Shown here in pieces: positions 8,275-16,727 of a stretch of DNA of 64,000 nt. A program made the translations under genes and the position numbers. Source of the stretch: Actinomycetes bacterium (GTDB lineage Bacteria > Actinomycetota > Acidimicrobiia > Acidimicrobiales > JAMCPL01). The stretch is taken from assembly GCA_021846515.1 (NCBI GenBank), contig JAJZWU010000003.1, forward strand, positions 27,266-91,265, read 5' to 3'. The stretch's first letter is position 1; each line of letters opens with the position of its first letter. The notes beneath the pieces are model-generated. The model was not told the origin of the DNA. It searched no databases and was given only the letters and a program-made list of their open reading frames with translations.

Positions 8275-8843
8275 TTCGACGCACCTTCCAACATGACAGT
8301 ATCGTCTTCACTCTGCATCTCGGTAGATGGCTTCCTTGGCTTTCTTGCTGATCCCTTCGTTGATCCCAAAGTCTTATCCTCTTGCGTCCCGGAGGCCGTG
8401 GAGGTATTGCTTCCCGATTCAACTACATCAGGTGAAGATATATCATCCTCAATTACTTCGTTGTCGTCCTGGTAGGATTGCTCCAACCTGTCTATACGAA
8501 GTACTTCTGCGGTTGCAAACCTGAGCGAAGGGCCTACCTCTTCTGCGATTACTTCGACCTTGTACCTCCTGTCGCCCTCGTCGTTCTCCCATGTGCGTTG
8601 CTCCATCCTGCCGGTGACTATGACGCGCATGCCCTTCGATAGGCTCAACGCTACATTCTCAGCCAGCTCTCGCCAACAAACTATATCGAAGAACGAGGTC
8701 GCTTCTTCCCATTCGTCGCTGGTTCGTGATTTCCATCTTCTTGTAACCGCCAGCCCAAAGTTGGCAGCCGCCTGCCCGTCTCGCGTATAGCGTATCTCGG
8801 GATCACGAGTTAGGTTCCCAACCAATGCAGTGCTATTTGTCAT
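8271..8843 (-). CDS. ssb: Single-stranded DNA-binding protein (OB fold), paralogue-like, no canonical acidic C-terminal tip
   Basis: NSTALVGNLTRDPEIRYTRDGQAAANFGLAV...WEEATSFFDIVCWRELAENV...KGMRVIVTGRMEQRTWE is a classic SSB OB fold. An AAGGAG-type RBS lies upstream. The C-terminus ends ...DDTVMLEGASK rather than D-D-D-I-P-F. Confidence 0.9.
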   Translation of the reverse strand: MTNSTALVGNLTRDPEIRYTRDGQAAANFGLAVTRRWKSRTSDEWEEATSFFDIVCWRELAENVALSLSKGMRVIVTGRMEQRTWENDEGDRRYKVEVIAEEVGPSLRFATAEVLRIDRLEQSYQDDNEVIEDDISSPDVVESGSNTSTASGTQEDKTLGSTKGSARKPRKPSTEMQSEDDTVMLEGASK

Positions 8844-9068
8844 TTCTACTTTCTCCTTTTGTTGTCTATTTCTTAACTATCTATCTCTTAGCGTTATATC
8901 CAAACAGGCTGCCACGTTGCAGAATGCCGAGACACCGCTAATCGGTAGCCTGTAATGGCTATAGATACCAGTAGAGGTAACCATTCATGACTACATAGGT
9001 ATTATCCTCTTTGCACATTGCCGTACTCCTTGCCGGTTACCTTGCTGGAAGGACATATTTTCGGGATT

Positions 9069-9788
9069 TCACATATGGTATGATTTTGCAAACGTTTGGG
9101 CGATAGCCAACACCTCATTGACATATCGAGCAGAGTGGTTATATGCATATATGGCAAGTTCCGGCAATCCTGCTGCGTATCCATCAGAGCAGAGTAGCCT
9201 GGCTGCCGCATAGATGGCATCTATTACGTTGTAGGGACTTTCTGGCTGCGGTATGCCTATGCCTATTCCTCCCGGGAGACCTTGGCTTGCCGGCTGGAAT
9301 GGTGTCATTGAGGTGTCTGCCGGTACTGGATGATCGTAGTAAGCAAATGTGGAAGGGAGGAACTGCATCGGACCTTCTGCCCCCGCACTGTTGTGTCCAG
9401 AGTGTACTCCCGGTAGGATAGATTGCCCAAAGGAGCTTTCCACATTACCTATAGCGAGCAGAACAGGAGCCAAAGCCGGGCTGGTATTGGTTGGCGCCTT
9501 GCAGGTGAGTGCGGCTGCCTGGCTCAGTACAATCCATTGGTGAGGTGGTTGTCCTGCCTTACCGGAAGTGCCTCCTCCTCCTACTAGGGCGGCAAACAAA
9601 ACTGCTACCGGTAAGATGAAGACGATTCCGCCCAGCAGCACCGATGATACAGCTACCCATAGAGCTATTCCACCATTATCAGTACGTTGCATAATGTATT
9701 CTACTCGGATGTGCTGACAGTCACAGCCTTGGCCACTTCCTTGCGGAAGGGTCTTGTACTTGGATATCGTCAAAGCACAACATCTCAA
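9069..9788 (-). CDS. Lytic transglycosylase (SLT-domain) with N-terminal membrane anchor
   Basis: ESSF (catalytic Glu-Ser), GPMQF and AYNHSARY are the three SLT family-1 motifs. TM segment: IALWVAVSSVLLGGIVFILPVAVLFAALVGG. The start is either TTG 9788 (a 4-nt overlap with the upstream stop) or ATG 9692. Confidence 0.65.
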   Translation of the reverse strand: MRCCALTISKYKTLPQGSGQGCDCQHIRVEYIMQRTDNGGIALWVAVSSVLLGGIVFILPVAVLFAALVGGGGTSGKAGQPPHQWIVLSQAAALTCKAPTNTSPALAPVLLAIGNVESSFGQSILPGVHSGHNSAGAEGPMQFLPSTFAYYDHPVPADTSMTPFQPASQGLPGGIGIGIPQPESPYNVIDAIYAAARLLCSDGYAAGLPELAIYAYNHSARYVNEVLAIAQTFAKSYHM

Positions 9789-12700
9789 ACCATGACTGCT
9801 GTAGCTTTATGCCGAGCGAGCGACTTGTACAGCTCAATCGTGTCGGGATGTACTGAGTCGTAGGGCTCCAGATCTTCTGCAACCAGATGTATCAGCTCAC
9901 GCATAGCTTTGTCTACCCCCGAAGGGTTACCGGCAATATCTGCAGAACGCATCAGTATCCGATACAACCTCTCATCGTATTGACTGACGAGAAGTCCCTT
10001 ACGTGCTGCCCATGCAGCGCCTGACCCATCCCCATTGTCAAGGCAATGCTCAGCATATTTAAGCGCCAGATCGACCACCTCTGACTCCAGGTAGGCCAGG
10101 GTGCCATCCATTAGCGCCCAGTCGTATGACTTGAGCCCCTGCAATGGCTTATCTCTTATCAATTCCAGTCCAGCTCTCCAATCTGCGGCATTGGGTGACC
10201 GGGAGAGGATGGATAACGCATGCACATCGCATATCACCGAGGGGTGCAGGGCCAACCTCCCATGTGATTTCGGTAGGTACTCTTCACCGTCCGGAGAGAG
10301 GCCAAGTGCGCGCCTGGCATCTGACGCTATGGAGTGCAGTGTGGATTGCGCCATTAACCTGTCTGGCCAGAGAGCGGTTGCCCACTGGCCGGAACTGGCG
10401 CCTTCTGAGTGAATTGCCAGGTAGGCTATCAAATCAAGAGCCCATGACCTGGTAAATGGCCGTTGCAGCCCATATACTCTGGCTTCACCAAGTAGGCATA
10501 TCTCTATCCGGTTATTGCCGGAAGGCAGCGTTTGGGTGTTGTCTGATTGGTGATTTGTACCTGTATGACCTGGGTTGAAATGTTGTTCGGGCAGCCTATC
10601 CCCATCCAGGTTTTGAGCTGTATTCAACAATGCCGTAATACCATCTACGTCTTTACTGGTGATAGAGGCAATATCATTTAGCAGGATATGATTGCCGGGG
10701 ATGAGTAGCTCTCCATCGTTTTTCTCGCTTGTCCATCTAACTGCGCTGCGAGCGTTTGGCACGATATCTCCTATTACAGCACTCAAGCCGTCGTTGCCGT
10801 CACCTACCAATGATGCAAGCGCGACACATGATTCTCTATACTTGGATGCCTGCTCCGATGAAACGAGTACTACAGTCTTTCCACGATTGGAGTAGGCTAG
10901 ATCGCCCATCCGGGCGCCGTGCCTTGAATAGCCGAACACACTGTTTCTGTCATCTCCACTACTTTCCCTGCTGTCCTCTGTGCGATGCCGTCGAGATACT
11001 ATCCGGGCGAATTGAGGTATGGCGAGAGGTAATGATTCCACCTCTTTAATGCGTTCATTAAATCCATCGAGATGCGGCAATCCGGCAGTAAGGATATTGC
11101 CGTATATAGTCCATGGTGCTGTAGCCAGTTCGATAGCCAGGGAAGCCAACATGCAGTTACTTGTTTCTTGATCCGTGTCCAAGTTAATTGAACCAATCGC
11201 TCCCAGATCAATCATAATTATGCCCTCATTGTCTCTGCCTACCGTTACGAATGCTTCGTCCAGATCTCGTACCTGAGCATACCATGGGTCATTTATTAGG
11301 CGTGCTCTCACGGCTTCACTCCTGGGAAGCGACCACCAGTGGTATGGTTTGATATGGTAGCTGCTTACTGCTATACTGGCATCCTCTGTGCGGTCGGAAT
11401 CTTGCCATTCCCCACCATCCCACACTATGCTAACCCCATCCTCCGTGCGGTCGGAATCTTGCGATGTTGTGTTGTCTTGGCCGGATCTTTTTTGAGCTGC
11501 TATCTCCTTGAAGATTGACGGCATGACTGGTAATAACGTAGTTGCAGAGCTGTCATCCAGTGCGACATCGACCCTATCTGCGCATAAACGTATAATATGT
11601 GGAGCCACTTGGATACCATGTTCCTTCAGCGATATTGACATTATTGAGCGTACCGCTGTGCGTACCCACTCCATTGAATCAGCATCTGCGGATATTCTTA
11701 GATGTCTTTCATAGTCGGTCAGCTCACCAGCAGGAAGCCGTACGGTAAAGCCAGTGTTGCGGTATCTTCCCTGTACGCGGCGTCTTCTATCCAGGGAAAA
11801 TAGAACAGTAGCACCTATGCTGCTTAGTCCGATGTCGCGTATGCCACCAGGGGGCTGGATGGGCGGCCTGGAAGTGGGTGGTTCGGCCGGTACAACCGGT
11901 GGTTCGGCCGGTGCTACGGGCGGCCTAGTGGGTGCTGCCGCTTCGGTGGGCGTAGTGTCGGCGGGTGCTGCCGACACTACAGGAGCAGGCGAGGAGGGCG
12001 AGGTAGTTCTGTCGAGGGTAGTTCGGCCGAGAGTAGCTTTGCCGGGGGCAGTTCTGCGTTTGGATGCTTCATGGCTGCCATTCAGCCATGTTGGCATGCC
12101 CTGACTACCGCTAATGTCGCCGCTTGCCGGTATAACCAACTCCCACCCAGGGAGAACCCACTTGGATTGGCCAAAGATCTCTCCATCGGGCTGTAGACGG
12201 CCTTCGTTCAGAGATGCTATCTCCCTCCACCTGGTTCCGGAGCCGAGTTCTTTTTTGGCTATTGACCATAGGGAATCTCCAGGCAACACTGTGTATGTAT
12301 GTATAGGGGATTTATTGGTGATACTGGCAATATCTTCAGATGGCAAATTGTTCATAGTGTCATAGGTCAATTCAATGGAAAGGTTCCTCGTAGATGTATC
12401 GGTGTAATGGTTTCCTGCAAAATTGCTCGCCTGATTATCCTCATTGCATATATCATTGTCGTAGGTAGCCTCATTGTAGGCATGATTTGCATTGTCTGGC
12501 GTATGGCTTGATTTTACGGACTCCCTGTATTTTTTCTTAGGCACTTCCATTTGATCATTTTTATGTGCACCAGCTTTATCGTCTGTGGGCTTGCTATGCA
12601 GATCACCTGAGCTGCCGGCGAAATCACTGTTGGATGCAGCATTTACTGGTTCGGGACGTGAGCCTGTATCCTGGAATAAACAAGTTATCTCAGATGGCCG

Positions 12701-13159
12701 TAGGGCATGGAGACGGATGACCCTACCGGTATCGGCATGCCTCGCCAGTGGCAGTATCCCCATTGAGAGTCCTATCAGGCAAGCTACAAATGCTTGCATT
12801 GTACGGCTACCTGGTACCTGTTTTGCAGTCCTGTGTGTTATTCTCGCGAGTATCTCGGTTACGACACATCCCGTAAACCACAACCACCCCAGCCAGCAGG
12901 CCACTTCAAAAATACGAAGAACAACGATTCCTGGTACTGATGCATGTAATGCATGGAGTAGCTTACCCGGGTTCATAATGGCATGGATAATTTCTGGTAT
13001 ACTTGGCAGACCACCGACTGTGATCAGTACGATTGGTACGGCTACGAGCAGGGTGAGTAGGCCGGCAAATGAGAGAGCCGCTATAATGCCGGACGGTTTG
13101 GTAGATGACCCGGCCAATGATCCAGTTGCTGGTTTGTTCGTGGTGTTCAATCTAATCAC
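9785..13159 (-). CDS. Large membrane protein: N-terminal TM bundle, LysM domain, Pro-rich linker, central unknown region, C-terminal winged-helix/BTAD (SARP-like) module
   Basis: 1124-codon ORF. LysM: YTVLPGDSLWSIAKKELGSGTRWREIASLN (aa about 288-344). C-terminus: IEICLLGEARVYG...LDLIAYLAIH...LYRILMRSADIAGNPSGVDKAMRELIHLV, which resembles an OmpR-type wHTH plus a BTAD domain. Hydrophobic segments at aa about 24-48, 76-100 and 121-138. A weak candidate TM at aa 442-456 is followed by DRRRR. Confidence 0.7.
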   Translation of the reverse strand: MIRLNTTNKPATGSLAGSSTKPSGIIAALSFAGLLTLLVAVPIVLITVGGLPSIPEIIHAIMNPGKLLHALHASVPGIVVLRIFEVACWLGWLWFTGCVVTEILARITHRTAKQVPGSRTMQAFVACLIGLSMGILPLARHADTGRVIRLHALRPSEITCLFQDTGSRPEPVNAASNSDFAGSSGDLHSKPTDDKAGAHKNDQMEVPKKKYRESVKSSHTPDNANHAYNEATYDNDICNEDNQASNFAGNHYTDTSTRNLSIELTYDTMNNLPSEDIASITNKSPIHTYTVLPGDSLWSIAKKELGSGTRWREIASLNEGRLQPDGEIFGQSKWVLPGWELVIPASGDISGSQGMPTWLNGSHEASKRRTAPGKATLGRTTLDRTTSPSSPAPVVSAAPADTTPTEAAAPTRPPVAPAEPPVVPAEPPTSRPPIQPPGGIRDIGLSSIGATVLFSLDRRRRVQGRYRNTGFTVRLPAGELTDYERHLRISADADSMEWVRTAVRSIMSISLKEHGIQVAPHIIRLCADRVDVALDDSSATTLLPVMPSIFKEIAAQKRSGQDNTTSQDSDRTEDGVSIVWDGGEWQDSDRTEDASIAVSSYHIKPYHWWSLPRSEAVRARLINDPWYAQVRDLDEAFVTVGRDNEGIIMIDLGAIGSINLDTDQETSNCMLASLAIELATAPWTIYGNILTAGLPHLDGFNERIKEVESLPLAIPQFARIVSRRHRTEDSRESSGDDRNSVFGYSRHGARMGDLAYSNRGKTVVLVSSEQASKYRESCVALASLVGDGNDGLSAVIGDIVPNARSAVRWTSEKNDGELLIPGNHILLNDIASITSKDVDGITALLNTAQNLDGDRLPEQHFNPGHTGTNHQSDNTQTLPSGNNRIEICLLGEARVYGLQRPFTRSWALDLIAYLAIHSEGASSGQWATALWPDRLMAQSTLHSIASDARRALGLSPDGEEYLPKSHGRLALHPSVICDVHALSILSRSPNAADWRAGLELIRDKPLQGLKSYDWALMDGTLAYLESEVVDLALKYAEHCLDNGDGSGAAWAARKGLLVSQYDERLYRILMRSADIAGNPSGVDKAMRELIHLVAEDLEPYDSVHPDTIELYKSLARHKATAVMV

Positions 13160-13569
13160 ACTCCTCCTGATCCTTCGACATTTTGTGCACTGGCTGTTGC
13201 TGTTATATGTAGACTGTCTATACCAATCAACGATATAATCGCAGTAGGTTTATAATAGGATATATGTACTATAACTGTATTACCACTAACGTAAGCTGTT
13301 GCCGGAAACCCAGCTGCTGTGGCGTAGGATAAAGCTGCACTTACAGCCCTGCTGTCATTTAGTACAACTACGCCTTTTGACCTGAGCTGGCTTACTGAGA
13401 TTTGCCCAGCCCCTGCCCGTGCTGCCTGCTCTGCTGCACTGTAGGCAGACCTGTCTGCGGCAAGAGCGGATCCTCCATCCACTACCAGACCTACCATTAT
13501 GAACAGCGCCAGCGATATAACAGCTACAAAGACTGTGAGTGATCCCGACTCACGATGATACTTATTCAT
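13156..13569 (-). CDS. TadG-like / Tad_N pilus-assembly protein (pseudopilin-like)
   Basis: RESGSLTVFVAVISLALFIMVGLVVDGGSALAADRSAYSAAEQAARAGA matches the TadE/G-like N-terminal pattern. 4-nt overlap with the downstream gene. Confidence 0.6.
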   Translation of the reverse strand: MNKYHRESGSLTVFVAVISLALFIMVGLVVDGGSALAADRSAYSAAEQAARAGAGQISVSQLRSKGVVVLNDSRAVSAALSYATAAGFPATAYVSGNTVIVHISYYKPTAIISLIGIDSLHITATASAQNVEGSGGV

Positions 13570-13578
13570 CAGGCTCTC

Positions 13579-14166
13579 TTATCTTCCCTGCACGACGCGG
13601 TAGGGGTCCACGGGAGCACTTCTGGAAGCGCTTATGTTTACCGATCCGGGGAATCCCGGTACCAGCAGATCCGATAAATTAACCGAACATGATACGCTTA
13701 CAGCCACGCTTCCTCCCGGCCGAAAGTCGGAGGTATTGGTACTTACCTCAAAAGGATGGCAGGTAAACTGTTGGCCGAATACGGATGGAACAGCGGCTTC
13801 ACTGGCTGCCACTCCAGCCTGTCCGGCAGATGGCATGACTGAAGCTGCTTCGGCGCCTGCCCGGGCAGCGGCAACCACTTCCTGGCGGGCTCTTTCGACC
13901 CTGCCAAAGGATACCGCTATCAACATAAATAGCACCAGTACCGGCGTCAGCACTACCAACTCCACAGTCATAGATCCGCGCTCTGTGGTTTTTGATCTGC
14001 GGTACACAGCTTCATGCCTGCTGCCTCCGGTCATGAACCTGCGTCCTCCAGTTAACCTGCCCTCTACGGCTTTTGACCCGCGTTCTCTAGCCACGCCGCA
14101 CCATTCCAAGTCGGTATCATGCTTCCCCACAGTCATAGATCCCCGTTTGCTTGGCTTGGCTGTCAT
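13579..14166 (-). CDS. tadE: TadE-like pseudopilin
   Basis: ERG/SMTVELVVLTPVLVLFMLIAVSFGRVERARQEVVAAARAGAEAAS carries the G/xxxxE processing motif. The start is ambiguous: ATG 14166 (ATGA overlap with the upstream gene) or ATG 14034 (21-aa leader). Confidence 0.65.
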   Translation of the reverse strand: MTAKPSKRGSMTVGKHDTDLEWCGVARERGSKAVEGRLTGGRRFMTGGSRHEAVYRRSKTTERGSMTVELVVLTPVLVLFMLIAVSFGRVERARQEVVAAARAGAEAASVMPSAGQAGVAASEAAVPSVFGQQFTCHPFEVSTNTSDFRPGGSVAVSVSCSVNLSDLLVPGFPGSVNISASRSAPVDPYRVVQGR

Positions 14167-14555
14167 CCTGAAATCCTGTAACGTTGTTGTGGGCCGATCC
14201 GCACAGCATCCACAGGAAAGTGCATTCCTGGGATGATCGATTCAGCCATGCCCGATACCTTGATCTCAGCCATACTGGCTGGCAAGAGGTTTCCTGTTAC
14301 AGATCCGTTATGGACCAGCCCGGAAGAGTGAGCCGTTAGCATTGACTCGGCAGACGATATTCCTCCGGACAGGCTGCCACCATACTCACAGGCGATCTGG
14401 TCACCTGACGCGGCGGCAGTCTGTACGGTTTGAGACGCTTCCGCCCATAGTACCGCCTGGCAGACCACCAGCAGGAGAAGCATGAATGCCGGTATGACAA
14501 TTACTGCCTCCACTACGGTCGACCCAACTTCGTTCCACGATCTAGTGCTTGTCAA
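14163..14555 (-). CDS. tadE: TadE-like pseudopilin
   Basis: EVG/STVVEAVIVIPAFMLLLLVVCQAVLWAEAS carries the G/xxxxE motif followed by a hydrophobic helix. Confidence 0.7.
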   Translation of the reverse strand: MTSTRSWNEVGSTVVEAVIVIPAFMLLLLVVCQAVLWAEASQTVQTAAASGDQIACEYGGSLSGGISSAESMLTAHSSGLVHNGSVTGNLLPASMAEIKVSGMAESIIPGMHFPVDAVRIGPQQRYRISG

Positions 14556-14568
14556 TCGTTGTTCCTCT

Positions 14569-14760
14569 TTAGTTCAGGTTGATCGAGTTCGCCTTGGCGG
14601 TCACCTTAGCGACTATAATCGCCCCTACGGCAAGCGCCAATGCAGCAAATATCGCTGTAAGAATTACCTTCTCAACGACACTTCCTGCCTCGCTCCTCTC
14701 CAGCCTGGAATGAAGCATCACTCTGGCCATTCCCCATATTGCACGTATATTTGTTATCAT
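14569..14760 (-). CDS. flp: Flp-family pilin precursor
   Basis: 63 codons. Leader, then EAG/SVVEKVILTAIFAALALAVGAIIVAKV (a Flp-type G/xxxxE[YK] motif plus a hydrophobic core). It sits between tadC and tadE. Confidence 0.7.
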   Translation of the reverse strand: MITNIRAIWGMARVMLHSRLERSEAGSVVEKVILTAIFAALALAVGAIIVAKVTAKANSINLN

Positions 14761-14820
14761 ATTATCTTTCCTTTCTATCTTGTCGGTACTTATTGTTCTC
14801 CATATAAAGAGATCGTGGTT

Positions 14821-15795
14821 TTATAGCCCCCCAAGTATCCTCGTAGTAGCTGGATATCCTATAAAGATTAAAAATCCCAACAGCAATAGCATGCTGGGGA
14901 GAAAGAGACGTTCCGTAGCTCGATTTGCCTTCATTTCAGATTCTGCCAGTTCCCTTTTTCTGATGGATGCAGCCTTGGCTGATAGCGTTGCCTTAACGCG
15001 TGCCCCCTCGTTGCTGGCGAGGCCGACCGCCACTGCCAGCTCCTTCAATTCAGGCAGGTCCAGCTCTTCACCAAGTATCCCGATATGTTCCCACATTGAT
15101 CCTCCTGATCTTCTGGCAATACGCAGTGTGTGGCGTATCCGCTCATAAAACCAGTTGTCACCGACTCCCGCTGCTGCAAATAGTGCTCCCTCTATTCCCA
15201 TGCCCCCCGCAAGGCAGAGCACTACCAGGTCGATGTATGAGCTGACTGCTCTGCGTGCAACGTCTCTCATCTCGCGAGCCTTTGATATAACTTCGAGTAT
15301 TGGCATGCCGGCGCCCGTGAGCGCTCCGGCTATTCCAAGCAACAGGATAATAGTGATCGGTATGTGTATCCCTGCTGCATAGAGGACGGTCATCAGTAGG
15401 GGAATTATTACCAAACCAGCGATAGCGCTAAATAGAGACTCTGCGCATATGCTCTGTAGCGGTATGCCGGTGATTAACAGAGCTGTGTTTAGGTATGAAT
15501 TAAGTCTATCTGATGATGATATATACTCTGATATAGATAGTGTAGCGTTCGAGAAAAAATGGATACGATTGGCTACGTCAAGTAGCATACTGCGCTCGCT
15601 ATTTTTTATGGCAGAAAATGGTTGTGTAGATGATGAATCGGCATAAGTTCGATTACCTGTAACTCCGACAGGTTCGCTTTTTGCACCTGTTGTCCTGCCA
15701 GCTGGTATAGTCCTGGTTGCCGGGGCACGCAGTGAAACCGCTGCCATTATAATGCCTACTCCTATCAATATCCCCAGCAATAAAGCTTCTGTCAT
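14821..15795 (-). CDS. tadC: TadC (type II secretion system F-family inner-membrane platform protein)
   Basis: 324 codons, polytopic. A T2SSF-like region is present (SSYIDLVVLCLAGGMGIEGAL ... LSAKAASIRKRELAESEMKANRATERL). ATGA overlap with tadB. Confidence 0.75.
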   Translation of the reverse strand: MTEALLLGILIGVGIIMAAVSLRAPATRTIPAGRTTGAKSEPVGVTGNRTYADSSSTQPFSAIKNSERSMLLDVANRIHFFSNATLSISEYISSSDRLNSYLNTALLITGIPLQSICAESLFSAIAGLVIIPLLMTVLYAAGIHIPITIILLLGIAGALTGAGMPILEVISKAREMRDVARRAVSSYIDLVVLCLAGGMGIEGALFAAAGVGDNWFYERIRHTLRIARRSGGSMWEHIGILGEELDLPELKELAVAVGLASNEGARVKATLSAKAASIRKRELAESEMKANRATERLFLPSMLLLLGFLIFIGYPATTRILGGL

Positions 15796-16727
15796 AGCTG
15801 GGCACCATTAAGCGAGTCGGCATCTGCCGAAGAGCCATTACCGAGTAGCCTGATAGGAGTGGGAGGTTTGTCCATTTTAAGCATTAGCCATACTCCTAAC
15901 CCATAGCATCCTCCGACGCAGAGTAGTACCAGTTGGCCGGTCGTGGAACCAAATGGAGCAAGATATGAATGTGCAAGTAGCAGCAAGCCTATGAAAAACA
16001 CCACCGAAAAGATCACTACCGTCCTGACGCTGCTCTTTGCAGAAGCGCGGCTTGCCTCTATGCGCATTCGTATCGCTACCTCTTCGCGCATTGAAGCGGC
16101 CAACTCCCCAAGTAGATCTGACAATTTTTGTGTCCTCGCGCTGGCAGCAAGCAGTAGTGCGCACACGACGATATCACCGCTGGCATCATCAAGCTCTTTT
16201 CCAAGCCTGGTTATAGCTGTGGCAAGAGGCATCCCACTTGACAAGCGGGAGGTCATGCGTTGCAGCGCCGGTCTGATTGGTTGTGGGGCTATCTGAGCGG
16301 TCGACATAATTGCCTGCAGTAGTCCCGAGGATGAAGCCAGGCTATCGCGCAATAGCTCGGTCCAGCCTGCAATAGCTTCGACCTTTCCTCCATCCAGTGA
16401 GCTTTTTGTTGCGCTAATGACTGCGGGTATGCCCAGGCCAGCGCAGAATGCCAGCAGACCGGCTACCGGCCATCGTGTAATGGCAATTACTATAAGCACA
16501 CCAAGCGACGATAAGAGAATCTTTCCTCTAAGGTCATGTATGTTCAAGATGCCTTCTCTATGACTGGAATAGTCGCTGTTGTTATGGTTGTCCTCTTGGG
16601 TGGAATGCCTGATTCGGGCTTTAGCTGACCAGGTATCTGGAAGAAATGAGTTCCTGCTTATGTAGACAAGTAGCCCGGCGGTACCCAGCAGCATGCCCAC
16701 CAGGCTAATTAGCATCAGTAACGTCAT
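15792..16727 (-). CDS. tadB: TadB (type II secretion system F-family platform protein)
   Basis: 311 codons. T2SSF pattern: LRDSLASSSGLLQAI...GMPLATAITRLGKELDD...LAASMREEVAIRMRIEASRASAKSS. ATGA overlap with tadA. Confidence 0.75.
   Translation of the reverse strand: MTLLMLISLVGMLLGTAGLLVYISRNSFLPDTWSAKARIRHSTQEDNHNNSDYSSHREGILNIHDLRGKILLSSLGVLIVIAITRWPVAGLLAFCAGLGIPAVISATKSSLDGGKVEAIAGWTELLRDSLASSSGLLQAIMSTAQIAPQPIRPALQRMTSRLSSGMPLATAITRLGKELDDASGDIVVCALLLAASARTQKLSDLLGELAASMREEVAIRMRIEASRASAKSSVRTVVIFSVVFFIGLLLLAHSYLAPFGSTTGQLVLLCVGGCYGLGVWLMLKMDKPPTPIRLLGNGSSADADSLNGAQL

Noticed and set aside
12585-14236. Plus-strand ORFs of 217 aa (12585-13238) and 200 aa (13634-14236)
   Set aside because: They are antisense to the LysM/BTAD gene and to the TadE/TadG genes, whose products carry clear family motifs. 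Such shadow ORFs are typical of GC-skewed coding DNA.
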